A DNA stretch of 64,000 nt from an uncultured Gemmatimonadales bacterium (lineage in GTDB: Bacteria > Gemmatimonadota > Gemmatimonadetes > Gemmatimonadales > GWC2-71-9), in contig CAVVKJ010000005.1 of the NCBI GenBank assembly GCA_963748815.1, positions 352,001 to 416,000 on the forward strand, given 5' to 3'. Of the stretch, positions 42,686 through 52,106 are shown one piece after another; position 1 is the first letter of the stretch; each line of letters begins with the position of its first letter. The notes under the pieces were generated by a model. The model had not been told where the DNA came from and made no database searches. It was given only the letters and a program-made list of their open reading frames with translations. The position numbers were made by a program, and so were the translations under genes.

Positions 42686-44191
42686 ATGGCTGTGCAGATC
42701 CTCCTCACCATGGACGACCTCGAGACCGCAGTGCCCCTCAACGCCGCGCTCGAGAGCGCCGGCTTCGCGACGACGATGGTCTCGGCGATGGACGACGTCC
42801 GCTCCGTCTTTCGGCGCGAGGGCCCGGAGCTCCTCATCCTGACCGGCGCGGTGCACGAGTCGCCCGCCGTCGCCCTCGTCACGATGGCGCGCGAGGCCGA
42901 GGTGTCGACGCTCGCGCTCATCGAACCGACCGACTCCGAGCGGGCCGAGCGGGTCGCGCGCCTCGGCGTCACCGCGGTGATGAGCAAGCCGATCGTCCCC
43001 GACGACGTGGTCGGGGTCGCGGGGCGCCTCGTCGCACGGCGCCGTCTGCAGCAGCGGACCGGCATCAGCGGTGAGAGTGCCGCGGTGCAGGAAGTGCTCG
43101 TCAAGATCGAGCAGATGGCGCCGGTGTCGAGCACGGTGCTCGTCCAGGGCGAGTCGGGCACCGGGAAGGAACTGGTGGCGCGGGCCATCCACGATCTCTC
43201 GCCACGGGTGGGGAAGCCGTTCATCGCGGTGGACTGCGCCGCCATTCCCGACACGCTCCTGGAATCGGAACTGTTCGGGCACGAAAAGGGGGCGTTTACC
43301 GGCGCCGCCGAGCGGCGGCTCGGGCGGTTCGAGCTCGCCGACACCGGCACGATCTTCCTCGACGAAATCGGCGACATTCCCCCCTCCACGCAGGTCAAGC
43401 TGCTGCGGGTGCTGGAGAATCGCGCCTTCTTTCGCGTCGGCGGGACGCAGCCGATCAAGGTCGACGTGCGGGTGGTGGCCGCCACGAATCGCAACCTCCG
43501 CGATGCGGTGCAATTGGGTGAGTTCCGCGACGATTTGTATTACCGGCTCAGCGTGCTCAATATCTATCTTCCACCGCTCCGGGAGCGGCGGGAGGACATC
43601 CCCCTGCTGGTCCGGCGCTTCATCCGGGAGTTCGCCAAGGCCCACGACCGCCCCTTTCGGGGCATCGCGCCTGAGGCGCTGGAGCGGCTTGTTGCGGCAC
43701 CCTGGCCGGGGAACGTTCGCCAGCTCCGGAACCTGGTCGAATCGATGGTGGTGCTGGCCCCAGGGACCGAGATTCGCCCCAGCGACATCCCCCACGATGT
43801 GCTGGAAGGGGCGGGGTCCCTCCTGCCGGTGCGCCTCCCCCAGCCGGGGCGGGACGTTTCCGGTCAGGAATTGGAGTTTATCTTACGTAATATCATGGAC
43901 TTACGGCTCCAGATGGAGGAGCTCCGCCGCCGGATGGATTCGGGTCCCCAGCGGGTCCAGATCATCGACCTCGGGGATAGGCAGCCGGTGGCCGATCTGG
44001 CGGGAGACCTCAACGGGGAGGACCTCGGGGCCATCCTGTACCGGTCTGGCATGACAATGGCTGAGGTGGAGAAGAGGGCCATCGAGGCGGCCCTTGAGGA
44101 GCACCGCGGCAACCGTCGGAAAGCTGCGGAGGTCCTGGGGATCGGTGAGCGGACACTCTACCGGAAAATCAAGGCGTTCGAACTGGGCTAA
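42686..44191 (+). CDS. Sigma54 enhancer-binding protein with a degenerate receiver domain
   Basis: [23 protein letters not shown]-terminus is receiver-like (TMDD, KP) but has LILTG where the phospho-Asp would sit. Confidence 0.88.
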   Translation: MAVQILLTMDDLETAVPLNAALESAGFATTMVSAMDDVRSVFRREGPELLILTGAVHESPAVALVTMAREAEVSTLALIEPTDSERAERVARLGVTAVMSKPIVPDDVVGVAGRLVARRRLQQRTGISGESAAVQEVLVKIEQMAPVSSTVLVQGESGTGKELVARAIHDLSPRVGKPFIAVDCAAIPDTLLESELFGHEKGAFTGAAERRLGRFELADTGTIFLDEIGDIPPSTQVKLLRVLENRAFFRVGGTQPIKVDVRVVAATNRNLRDAVQLGEFRDDLYYRLSVLNIYLPPLRERREDIPLLVRRFIREFAKAHDRPFRGIAPEALERLVAAPWPGNVRQLRNLVESMVVLAPGTEIRPSDIPHDVLEGAGSLLPVRLPQPGRDVSGQELEFILRNIMDLRLQMEELRRRMDSGPQRVQIIDLGDRQPVADLAGDLNGEDLGAILYRSGMTMAEVEKRAIEAALEEHRGNRRKAAEVLGIGERTLYRKIKAFELG

Positions 44192-44292
44192 GTGGTTGTT
44201 TTCTTGATATTTGCGGGGTGTCACCTCTTGACAGTTCTCAGGTCCGGGCCAATATTGACGATGGCACGCTCCCCTAGGCCGTGGGGGAGGGC

Positions 44293-45987
44293 GTGATCTT
44301 TTCGATCGACTCCGAAGCCTGCGTGGCCTGTCTGGCCTGCGTCCGCGTCTGTCCGACGGAAGCGGTCGCCGTGGACGGGGAGCAGGTGCAGATCGTGGAT
44401 GAGGCGTGCATTGCGTGCGGCGAGTGTCTGCCGGCGTGCCCGCATCAGGCCATCCACGCGAGCGGAGAAATCGGTCGCGCGCTGACGGTCGCGGCTCGGG
44501 GCGACGGCATTCTGATCCTGAGTTCGGAAGCGACGGCGCACTTTTTCCCGGCTACGCCGGAGCAGGTGGTCAACGCCTGCTACGCGGCCGGGTTCCGCAC
44601 GGTGCATCGCGGGGTCATCGGCGATGAACTCGTGGCGGCGGAGTACTTGAGTCTCTGGCGTGACGAGGGGTGGGGCACGCTGATCCGGTCCACCGATCCG
44701 GTGGTGGTCGAGACGGTGCGCATCGATTACCCCGAGCTGGTGCCGTACCTGGCGCCGGTCACGATACCTGCGGTGGCGGAGGCGCGGTATCTTCGCGCGC
44801 AGCACGGGCAGGAGCTTCGCATCGTGTACGCCGGCGTCGCGGCGCCGCGGAACACGCCGGAGCTCGATGCCGCCGTCACCTTCGACGACCTCGAGCGGAT
44901 CTTTCAGTTGCGGGGCGTCTCGGTGCTCGCGCAGGCCGATTTCTTCGCGCGGATTCCCGAGGAACGGCGCCGGCACCTGAGCGCCGCGGGCGGCCTGCCG
45001 CTCGCCATGCTCGAGGAGGCGCGCCACGCGAGCCGCCGGTTCCGCACCATGCGGGGGCTCAAGCACCTGCCGGCGCTGGCCCAGGCGGTGGCGGTCGACC
45101 GGCTGGACCTGGGGTTCGTGGACCTGCTCTCCTTCGAGGGGGGGCTCGACCACCCGCTGCTCGGTCCGAAGGACCAGCTCTACTGGCGGCGCGCCCTCCT
45201 CGCGAGCGCGGAGCCGCCGCGGAGCCCGCGACCGGTGGTGGATGGAGCGGTGGTGGCGAGTATCGGGGCCACGTTCGACATCCGGCCCCGGCGGCTGGCG
45301 TCCGATCCGACCGCGGTGGCAGCCTTGCTCGACGCCATCGGTCCGGGGCCCAATGGGCGCCCTTGGGACTGCGGGGCCTGCGGCTTCACCACCTGCGCGC
45401 GGTTCGCGTCCGCGGCGGTGCTCGGCCGGGCGACGCTCCGCCAGTGCCCGCCGTACCAGGAGCGCCGCGCGGAAGAGGCCTCGCGCGAGGCGGCGGTGGA
45501 CCTGCTGACCGGACTCGCCACCTTCCGGGTGCTGCGCGACCGGCTGAGCCACGAGATTGAACGGAGCAAGCGCAGCGAGGAAGGGTTCGCGGTGCTGTTC
45601 ATCGACCTCGACCGCTTCAAGCTGCTGAACGACCGGTTCGGGCACGAGGCAGGCAACGAGGTCCTGAAGGCGGTGGCGGCGGAAATCCGGAGCGCAGTGC
45701 GCGCCTCCGACCTTGCCGCCCGCTACGGAGGCGACGAGTTCGTCGTCATCCTGACCCGCACCGACCTCCATGGCGCCCGCCGAGTGGCGGAGGCGCTTCG
45801 GGCCGGCATCGAAGGGGTCGGGCGCCGACTGGGGTACGAGGTCGGGGTCGTGACCGTTAGCATCGGGCTGGCCGAGTTCGACCCGGCGAGCCCCACCGAG
45901 GGCGACCTGCTGGTGACCGCCGATCGCGCCTTGTACCAGGCCAAGGCCACGGGCCGGAACGCCGTGGCCAACGAAGGGGCCGCCTGA
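44293..45987 (+). CDS. Diguanylate cyclase with 2x[4Fe-4S] ferredoxin, degenerate [FeFe]-hydrogenase-like domain and a second FeS motif
   Basis: CVACLACVRVCP, CIACGECLPACP, CGACGFTTC...CP, DLDRFK..ND.FGH, RASD-LAARY-GGDEF; GTG start after GGGAGG. Confidence 0.85.
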   Translation: MIFSIDSEACVACLACVRVCPTEAVAVDGEQVQIVDEACIACGECLPACPHQAIHASGEIGRALTVAARGDGILILSSEATAHFFPATPEQVVNACYAAGFRTVHRGVIGDELVAAEYLSLWRDEGWGTLIRSTDPVVVETVRIDYPELVPYLAPVTIPAVAEARYLRAQHGQELRIVYAGVAAPRNTPELDAAVTFDDLERIFQLRGVSVLAQADFFARIPEERRRHLSAAGGLPLAMLEEARHASRRFRTMRGLKHLPALAQAVAVDRLDLGFVDLLSFEGGLDHPLLGPKDQLYWRRALLASAEPPRSPRPVVDGAVVASIGATFDIRPRRLASDPTAVAALLDAIGPGPNGRPWDCGACGFTTCARFASAAVLGRATLRQCPPYQERRAEEASREAAVDLLTGLATFRVLRDRLSHEIERSKRSEEGFAVLFIDLDRFKLLNDRFGHEAGNEVLKAVAAEIRSAVRASDLAARYGGDEFVVILTRTDLHGARRVAEALRAGIEGVGRRLGYEVGVVTVSIGLAEFDPASPTEGDLLVTADRALYQAKATGRNAVANEGAA

Positions 45988-46031
45988 GGGCGGCCGCAGC
46001 CCCCACAGGCATTCAGCGACAGGACATCGAG

Positions 46032-46787
46032 ATGGCGTTCAATTCCGCGAGGCAGTCCGACGCCGGCTTCCAGGCCGCGCGCACCACGCCAAGTGGTGGG
46101 CACGGTGGTGAGGCGCCCGATCCCTGGGGCGTGCGCCGGGCGGAAAACCTCCTGACCACGCTCGAGGGGATTCTCTCCGCGCGGGTCGTCACCACGCCGC
46201 TCGGCGAGGTGAGCGAGGTGCACATCCTGGCCCAGTCGGGGCTCGCGCCGAAGCAGCTGGTGCGGAACATCGAGTCGGCGCTCCTGGCGCAGCTCGGCCT
46301 CCGGGTGGACCACCGCAAGATCAGCATCGCGCAGACGGCGGACGTCAAGCCGATCGAGGCGCTCGAAAAGGAGGCGGTGCGGAGCCAGGCGCTCCACCGG
46401 GCCATCCTCTTCGAGGACCTGACGGTGGCGCCGGGCAAGCGCGCGCACCGGATCACCATCAGCGTGAGCCTCAGCTTCCTCGGCCGGAAGGAAACGGCGG
46501 AAGAGGAGAGCAGTGACACGCCGCGGAGCCGGGTAGAGGCGGCGGCGCGGGCCACGGTCTTGGTGCTCGACCGGTTGCTGGAGGACTCGTCGGTGGCGCT
46601 CGAGGGGGCCAAGATCGTCCCCGCCTTCGACCGGGACTTCGTGTTCGTGGCGGTGCAGGGGCTGGGCGGGCGCGAGTCGCTCGTGCTGACCGGCAGCGCG
46701 CAGATCAAGGAAAGCGCCGAGCGGGCCGCGGTCTTTGCGGTGCTCGACGCAACCAACCGATGGACGGAACTCCGCCGACCGCGATAG
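46032..46787 (+). CDS. Hypothetical protein (EVHILA...KQLVRNIESAL...DHRKISIAQ motif)
   Basis: Host-like codon usage, RBS AGGA, soluble two-domain-looking sequence; no function assignable. Confidence 0.75.
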   Translation: MAFNSARQSDAGFQAARTTPSGGHGGEAPDPWGVRRAENLLTTLEGILSARVVTTPLGEVSEVHILAQSGLAPKQLVRNIESALLAQLGLRVDHRKISIAQTADVKPIEALEKEAVRSQALHRAILFEDLTVAPGKRAHRITISVSLSFLGRKETAEEESSDTPRSRVEAAARATVLVLDRLLEDSSVALEGAKIVPAFDRDFVFVAVQGLGGRESLVLTGSAQIKESAERAAVFAVLDATNRWTELRRPR

Positions 46788-46956
46788 GCGCGGGCGGCGA
46801 TTCTACCAACCCGAGCGGAGGGAACAGAGCGAGGTAGGGGGTCGAGTCTTCAAGAGGCAGCGGAGACTAGCGGACAACAGAGCGGAGCGTCTGGTAGGCC
46901 ATAGCGAGGCCGACCACTTCCCGAGTCACTGATGTACTCGAAGGGAGGTGACGCTC

Positions 46957-47037
46957 ATGTTGCAGATTACTTGGCTTGCCGCCGCTGTGAAGTTCGTGGC
47001 GAATCTGTTCCTGGCCGAAGGCCAGGACTGGGCCTAG
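46957..47037 (+). CDS. 26-aa hydrophobic peptide MLQITWLAAAVKFVANLFLAEGQDWA (candidate signalling peptide)
   Basis: Near-perfect SD AAGGGAGGTGA 5 nt before the ATG; stop lies 10 nt before the HD-GYP ORF; below the ORF-track cutoff. Confidence 0.7.
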   Translation: MLQITWLAAAVKFVANLFLAEGQDWA

Positions 47038-47047
47038 TTAGGGCCTG

Positions 47048-48484
47048 ATGCCTCGACCCCCCACCGAGCTGTTCCAATCCATGAGATCACTCACCAAGAC
47101 CAATCTGTTCATCGCGTTCATGGCTTCTGTCGCCGTGGCGCTGGGCGTGTTGGCTTGGCAGCATCGGCAGCCCTCCCCGGGCATTTGGCCGCTTCTCAGC
47201 TTCATCTTCATGGCGTTTCTGGTGGAGCAGAGCACTACGGAGCTCAAGGTTTCCGCGCGCGGGTCGACCTCCTTCGTGATGCATATGTCCGCCGGTTTGA
47301 TTTTTGGTGGATTTTGGGGTGGGGTAGTCGCAGCTTCCTCAACGGCTCTTGGGCAACTGTCGATTGGTAACCCACCAGCAAAGACGCTGTTCAATATCGC
47401 CCAGCGCGCGGCATCTGTGCTTATCGCTGTTCTTGTCTATCGCCTGCTCGAAGGCGGCCTACCTCCTGCATACATGCAAGTCGTTGGAACTGTTGAGTCC
47501 TCGGCGATTCAGCGGGACTTCTTCCTATTCTTCGCATATGCCGCAACGTACTTCGTAGTGAATTCTATGGCGGTGAGTGGGGTTGTGGCGCTGAGCGCGG
47601 AGCGCTCATTCCGAGATGTGTGGAGCCTCAACACCCGCGGTGTCATCGGGTACGACCTCGGGGCCAGCGCCATCGCCCTGCTGCTGGCGTGGCTCTATAC
47701 CTGGTTCCAGGCCACTTGGGAGCTCGGCTCCATCGGTCTGGTCCTGGTGGTGATTCCGATTGTGGCGGTGCGGCATGTGTACGGGCTCTACCACCAGTTG
47801 CAGGAGAGCGGCCAGGAACTCCTCCAGGTGATGGTCAAGGCCATCGAGGCCCGCGACCCCTACACCTCCGGCCACTCCCTCCGGGTGAGCCAGCTTTCCC
47901 GGCTCATTGCGCTGGAAATGGGCCTCCAGATTCGCGACGTGGAACAGGTGCACACCGCCGCGCTGCTGCACGACGTCGGCAAGATTCACGAGGAGTTCGC
48001 GCCGCTGCTGCGGAAGGAAGACCGGCTGACCGCCGACGAAACGGCGCTGATGCAGACCCACTCCGCCCGGAGCGCCGAGCTGGTGGGGATCATCTCGAAG
48101 TTTCGCGGCTTCATCCAGGAGTCGGTGCGCCACCACCACGAGCGGTGGGACGGGAAGGGATACCCGGCCGGCCTCTCCGGGCACGAGATCCCGCTGGCCT
48201 CCCGGATCATCCTGGTGGCCGACACCATCGACGCCATGACCACCGACCGCCCCTACCGGAAGCGGCTCCCGCTCGAAGTCGTCATCGCGGAGCTCCAGAA
48301 GTGCCGCGGCGGGCAGTTCGACCCCGAGGTGGTGGAACATGTGGTATCGTCCGTCGCGGTGCGACGTCTGATCACCGTCGGTGTCGAATCGTCTCCGATG
48401 CCTGCCACTGTCACAGTCTCCGACCCCGGCGCCACTCGTGCTGGATGGGCGAAGAAGTCGTTCTGGAAGGGGCGGTCGGCCTAG
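47048..48484 (+). CDS. Membrane-bound HD-GYP c-di-GMP phosphodiesterase (start may be 47081)
   Basis: About 7 hydrophobic segments, then AIEARDPYTSGHS.RV, LLHDVGK, HHHERWDGKGYP, DAMTTDRPYR. Confidence 0.9.
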   Translation: MPRPPTELFQSMRSLTKTNLFIAFMASVAVALGVLAWQHRQPSPGIWPLLSFIFMAFLVEQSTTELKVSARGSTSFVMHMSAGLIFGGFWGGVVAASSTALGQLSIGNPPAKTLFNIAQRAASVLIAVLVYRLLEGGLPPAYMQVVGTVESSAIQRDFFLFFAYAATYFVVNSMAVSGVVALSAERSFRDVWSLNTRGVIGYDLGASAIALLLAWLYTWFQATWELGSIGLVLVVIPIVAVRHVYGLYHQLQESGQELLQVMVKAIEARDPYTSGHSLRVSQLSRLIALEMGLQIRDVEQVHTAALLHDVGKIHEEFAPLLRKEDRLTADETALMQTHSARSAELVGIISKFRGFIQESVRHHHERWDGKGYPAGLSGHEIPLASRIILVADTIDAMTTDRPYRKRLPLEVVIAELQKCRGGQFDPEVVEHVVSSVAVRRLITVGVESSPMPATVTVSDPGATRAGWAKKSFWKGRSA

Positions 48485-48499
48485 CAGAGCCGAGACTTC

Positions 48500-51400
48500 T
48501 CAGATATCGAGCATCCCGAAAGCTCGCAGTTCATTTGCAGCTCCCAATGGGAGCTTAACCAGCCTCCTCCACATCTCCTCTCGTTCCCCCTCATCGGCAT
48601 CATTGGACTTGTGAATCGAGCCAGACCTTGGCGTTCAGGACCTCGGCCTGATCAATACTGTCTAGGGAATCTCTGGCGCGACAAGAGTGTCGCTAGGGCT
48701 AGTGCGCGCCTCTTCGATGGGGATGTCGCCGTTCGCGGCACTCTTGGCAAGCCATCGTGCGAAGGGACCAGCAAGAGAATCGGATTGAAGCTTCTCGCAT
48801 CTCCCCCGTCAGTGCCCCTATCGCGCTTTCCTGCGCCTCCCTGTTTCGTCCAAGTAAGGCGAGGACGTCGGCTGCGCGTAGCTGCCACAACTGGCGTACC
48901 CAACGTTGATCGACATGTTGAAGGGCTGCATTTCCTCGACGGAGTTCATCCAGGGCTTCCATTGTTTCACCACGAAGTGCATGGCCCTCTGCCAGGATGT
49001 AGTGGAGATTTTGATCAAGAATATCGATCTGTTGACTTCCACTTCTCGCCGGTGGCCCTGCTCGCCCATTGCAACTGGGCGTCCTGAATTGCCAAGTCGC
49101 GAATGGAACAGTGCAATGTTTGCAAGGAAAGAGCCGCAGCCGGCGCTCTTCGCCCATTTCACGCGCCGCAGCCACTCCACGCTCCCCGATAGCAAGCGCA
49201 ACTTCGTATTCGCCTAGGCTGCTATGGATAGCGCAACGCCCCAACAGTAGGGCGAGGTAGACTGAGTTCTTGATCTTGTTGGCCTCAAGGTCACCGATGA
49301 CCTCATCTATGACTTCAAGGCTGCGCGCTCGGTCGCCAGAGAAGTAGAGGCACAAGGCCTTGCCCAAGGGCGTATTCCCCCTTGTCCTCCAGGGAAAGTG
49401 CGCTGAACTCTTCGCTCTCAAGTTGCTTCCAGATGTCTGCGAGCAACGATCTGTCTCGGGTACTCCCGAAATAGTCTCGCTGCAATCCACAGTGCCCGAA
49501 GTCGCGTGTTGGGCTCTTCTGCCGATCTCGCTTCGCGGAGAAGATTCATTGCAATATCCCGACTCCGATCTGCCGTCCGGTCGTTTACTAGTTGTTCTGC
49601 GTAGAGCCGCAACACGTTTCGTCTTGTGAGAATCTCTGCGCGGGACGAGGCTCTGGACCGCGTCAAGCGACGCCATCGACTCCCGCATCCTCCCTTGTTC
49701 CTGGAGCGACTCTCCGAGCAGAAGGAGGGCTTCGCTCTTGTCCGGCTCCTTGAGCCGATCCATTGCCGTGGAGAGCCCACGCTCCGCCTCGTGCGGGGCC
49801 CCTCCGCGCATCGACTCCCGCGCCCCACGCAACAGATAGGGTGTCGCCTCATCGGGCCTCCCGGCGCGGATCAGGTGCCAGGCGATTTCCAGCCCCGGGA
49901 TCCGCCCGCCGTTCGCCTCGATGGCGAGCAGCCGGGAGACGACCTCGCCGTGCAGCGCCGTCCGCATCGGCTTGGGAATGCCGAGGTACGCATGCCCCCG
50001 CGTCAATTCGTTCACGAATTCGAGTCGCTCCTCCGTTTCGCGCAGCAACCGGGATGACCGGAGCGCCTCCATCGACTGACCCGTCGCGCCGAGCCCCAGG
50101 TCCACGATCTGGTACATCGGGAATTCGTTCAGTCTCGGCCCCAACACCGCCGCGAGCTGCAGCGCCAGACGTGCCGGTGCGTCGAGCCCCTCACAGATCC
50201 GGTCCAGCGCCATCCGGTAGGCATCTTCCGGGGGTGAGCGTTGACCCAACTCCTCGCGCATCGCCGGGACGGCGAGCGCGAGGCTGCCTTCGCCGCTGCT
50301 GATCCACTCGCTTACGAAGAGCTCGAGTGCGAGCGGATATCCCCCTGCGGCGCGGAGCATGGCGTCGCGCACCGATTTCCCCGGATCGGGACCGTCGGCG
50401 GTCAGCGTGTCGAGCATCTCGGCCGCCTCGTCCGGCGCCATTGGCGGCACCTCGAGGGAGACAAACCCGAGCCGGGTGTGGCTCTCGCGCAGGCGGGCGA
50501 TGTTCGGCGACTCGTTGGGACCCGTGGGCCGCGCGGCCAGCGCGATCATGACCCGCTCGGACTCGAACCGGCGGGCGAGAAGGTGGATCACGGACAGGCT
50601 GGCGTCGTCCGCCATGTGGAAGTCATCGACGACCAGCATCACCGGGGTCTCCTCGGCGATGGTCCGGAGCAGCGACTCCATCGCGTCGGTCACCCGAATG
50701 CGGAACGACTCCCCGTGGAGCTGCAGGGACGGGGGAAGGCTGGGGAATTGCTCCCGGAGCGCCGGAACCGCCTGGCTCAGGTCGGCCAACGACTGGGGAG
50801 AGGTGCCCAGCGCCTCGGGGCGCTCAAGCAGTCCGCGGACCAGCGCGCCGAGGGCGGCGTAGGGAATCTCCCGCTCCAACTCGTAGCACTGCACCCGGCT
50901 GGTGACGGCCCCGTCGAGGCTGACGGCCGTCATCAGCCGCTGCAGCAGGGTGCTCTTGCCGATGCCCGATTCGCCCAGGACCAGGGCGTGCGTGGGGACG
51001 CCGCGCGTGGTGCGCTCCCAGGCTTCGTACATCGTCTGGTACTCGGCGGTCCGACCGATGAAGGTGCGATCCCGCCATTGCTCGGTGGGGACGCGCGGGC
51101 GGTTGCCGTCGCCGCCCCCCTCGAGTGTCCCGCGGCGGAGGCGCCTCGCCATCGCCTCGAGCTGCTCGGAAGGCTCGGCGTGCAGTTCGGTATGGAGATC
51201 ATGCTTCCAGGTCTCGAACGCCTTGAGGGCGCCGATGCGGTCGCCGGCGAACGCCCGCGCTTCGATCCGTGCCCGGATCGCCGCTTCGCTCAGTGCATTG
51301 TGGCGCAGGGTCCGCTCGGCGAGTGGTTCGATGCCGGTGAAGTCTCCCGTCCGGCGGCAGTAGTCCATCTGGCGGACCAGTGCCGCCTCGATCGAGGGCC

Positions 51401-51836
51401 AGAGCCGGGCGCGCTGCTGGTCGCGCCAATGGTTGAAGCTGGGAGCGTCCGGGACGTCGAAGTCCTCGAGAAAGGCATCCACCTCGAGGGCAGGCAGAAG
51501 GTCCGTGGCCAGGACCTCCCCCCGTTGCAGCCGGTCCAGGTCACACTCCAGCTGGACCGTGGTGCGAATGGTGTAGGTGTCGCCGGGGAACGACTTGGGA
51601 CCCACCCGGTTCCGGAGTGCCCAGATGGCGGTCCCCATCGAATGGCGCGCCTCGTTCATCCCGGCGTTCGACCAAAGGAGGTCGGCAAGCCGCTCGCGAC
51701 GGATGGGAGCCCGCCCCTCCATGGTGAGATAGATCAGGAGCGCGAGCTGCTTTTGGGTCCTGAGGCGGATCGGGCTCCCGCTGGCGTCGAGGAGGGCGGG
51801 ATGACCCAGACAACGGAGGTATGCGGGCTTGCCCAT
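48500..51836 (-). CDS. SARP/AfsR-like regulator: wHTH-BTAD-AAA(STAND)-TPR (several frameshifts in the 3' third)
   Basis: LRCLG, KQLALLIYL, RERLADLLW, F.HWRDQQR (BTAD), GESGIGKS, VVDDFH; plausible C-terminus ...ELRAFGMLDI* ends at 48500. Confidence 0.8.
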
Positions 51837-52106
51837 CGAAGGCTCCGGTAGCGTGGTGCGGATACCATGGGGTCGCGGGCTCAACGGGGGATCAACGACG
51901 AGAGGATCAGGTGTTGAGAGATTGTAATGTTCCTCGCCTCCGCGATTTGTCCAGAGCCCTGCATCACGGTTCGCAAGCCTTTTCCCTGCAACGTGTTGCA
52001 CGTCACGGTACGGCCCCGATGTTGCGACTCTCTCCTTTGACTCGGTAGATTGCCCCGCCTTTGTGACCCCGCGCACTCCCCATTGCGCCTCAATCGGAGA
52101 TTCTCA

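Noticed and set aside
44262..44277. sigma54 promoter TGGCACG upstream of the FeS-GGDEF gene
   Set aside because: The -12 GC is missing at the required spacing (TGGCACGCTCCCCTA) and the site is too close to the start codon.
46892..46905. sigma54-like TGGTAGGCCATAGC upstream of the peptide
   Set aside because: Spacing is GG-N9-GC, not N10.
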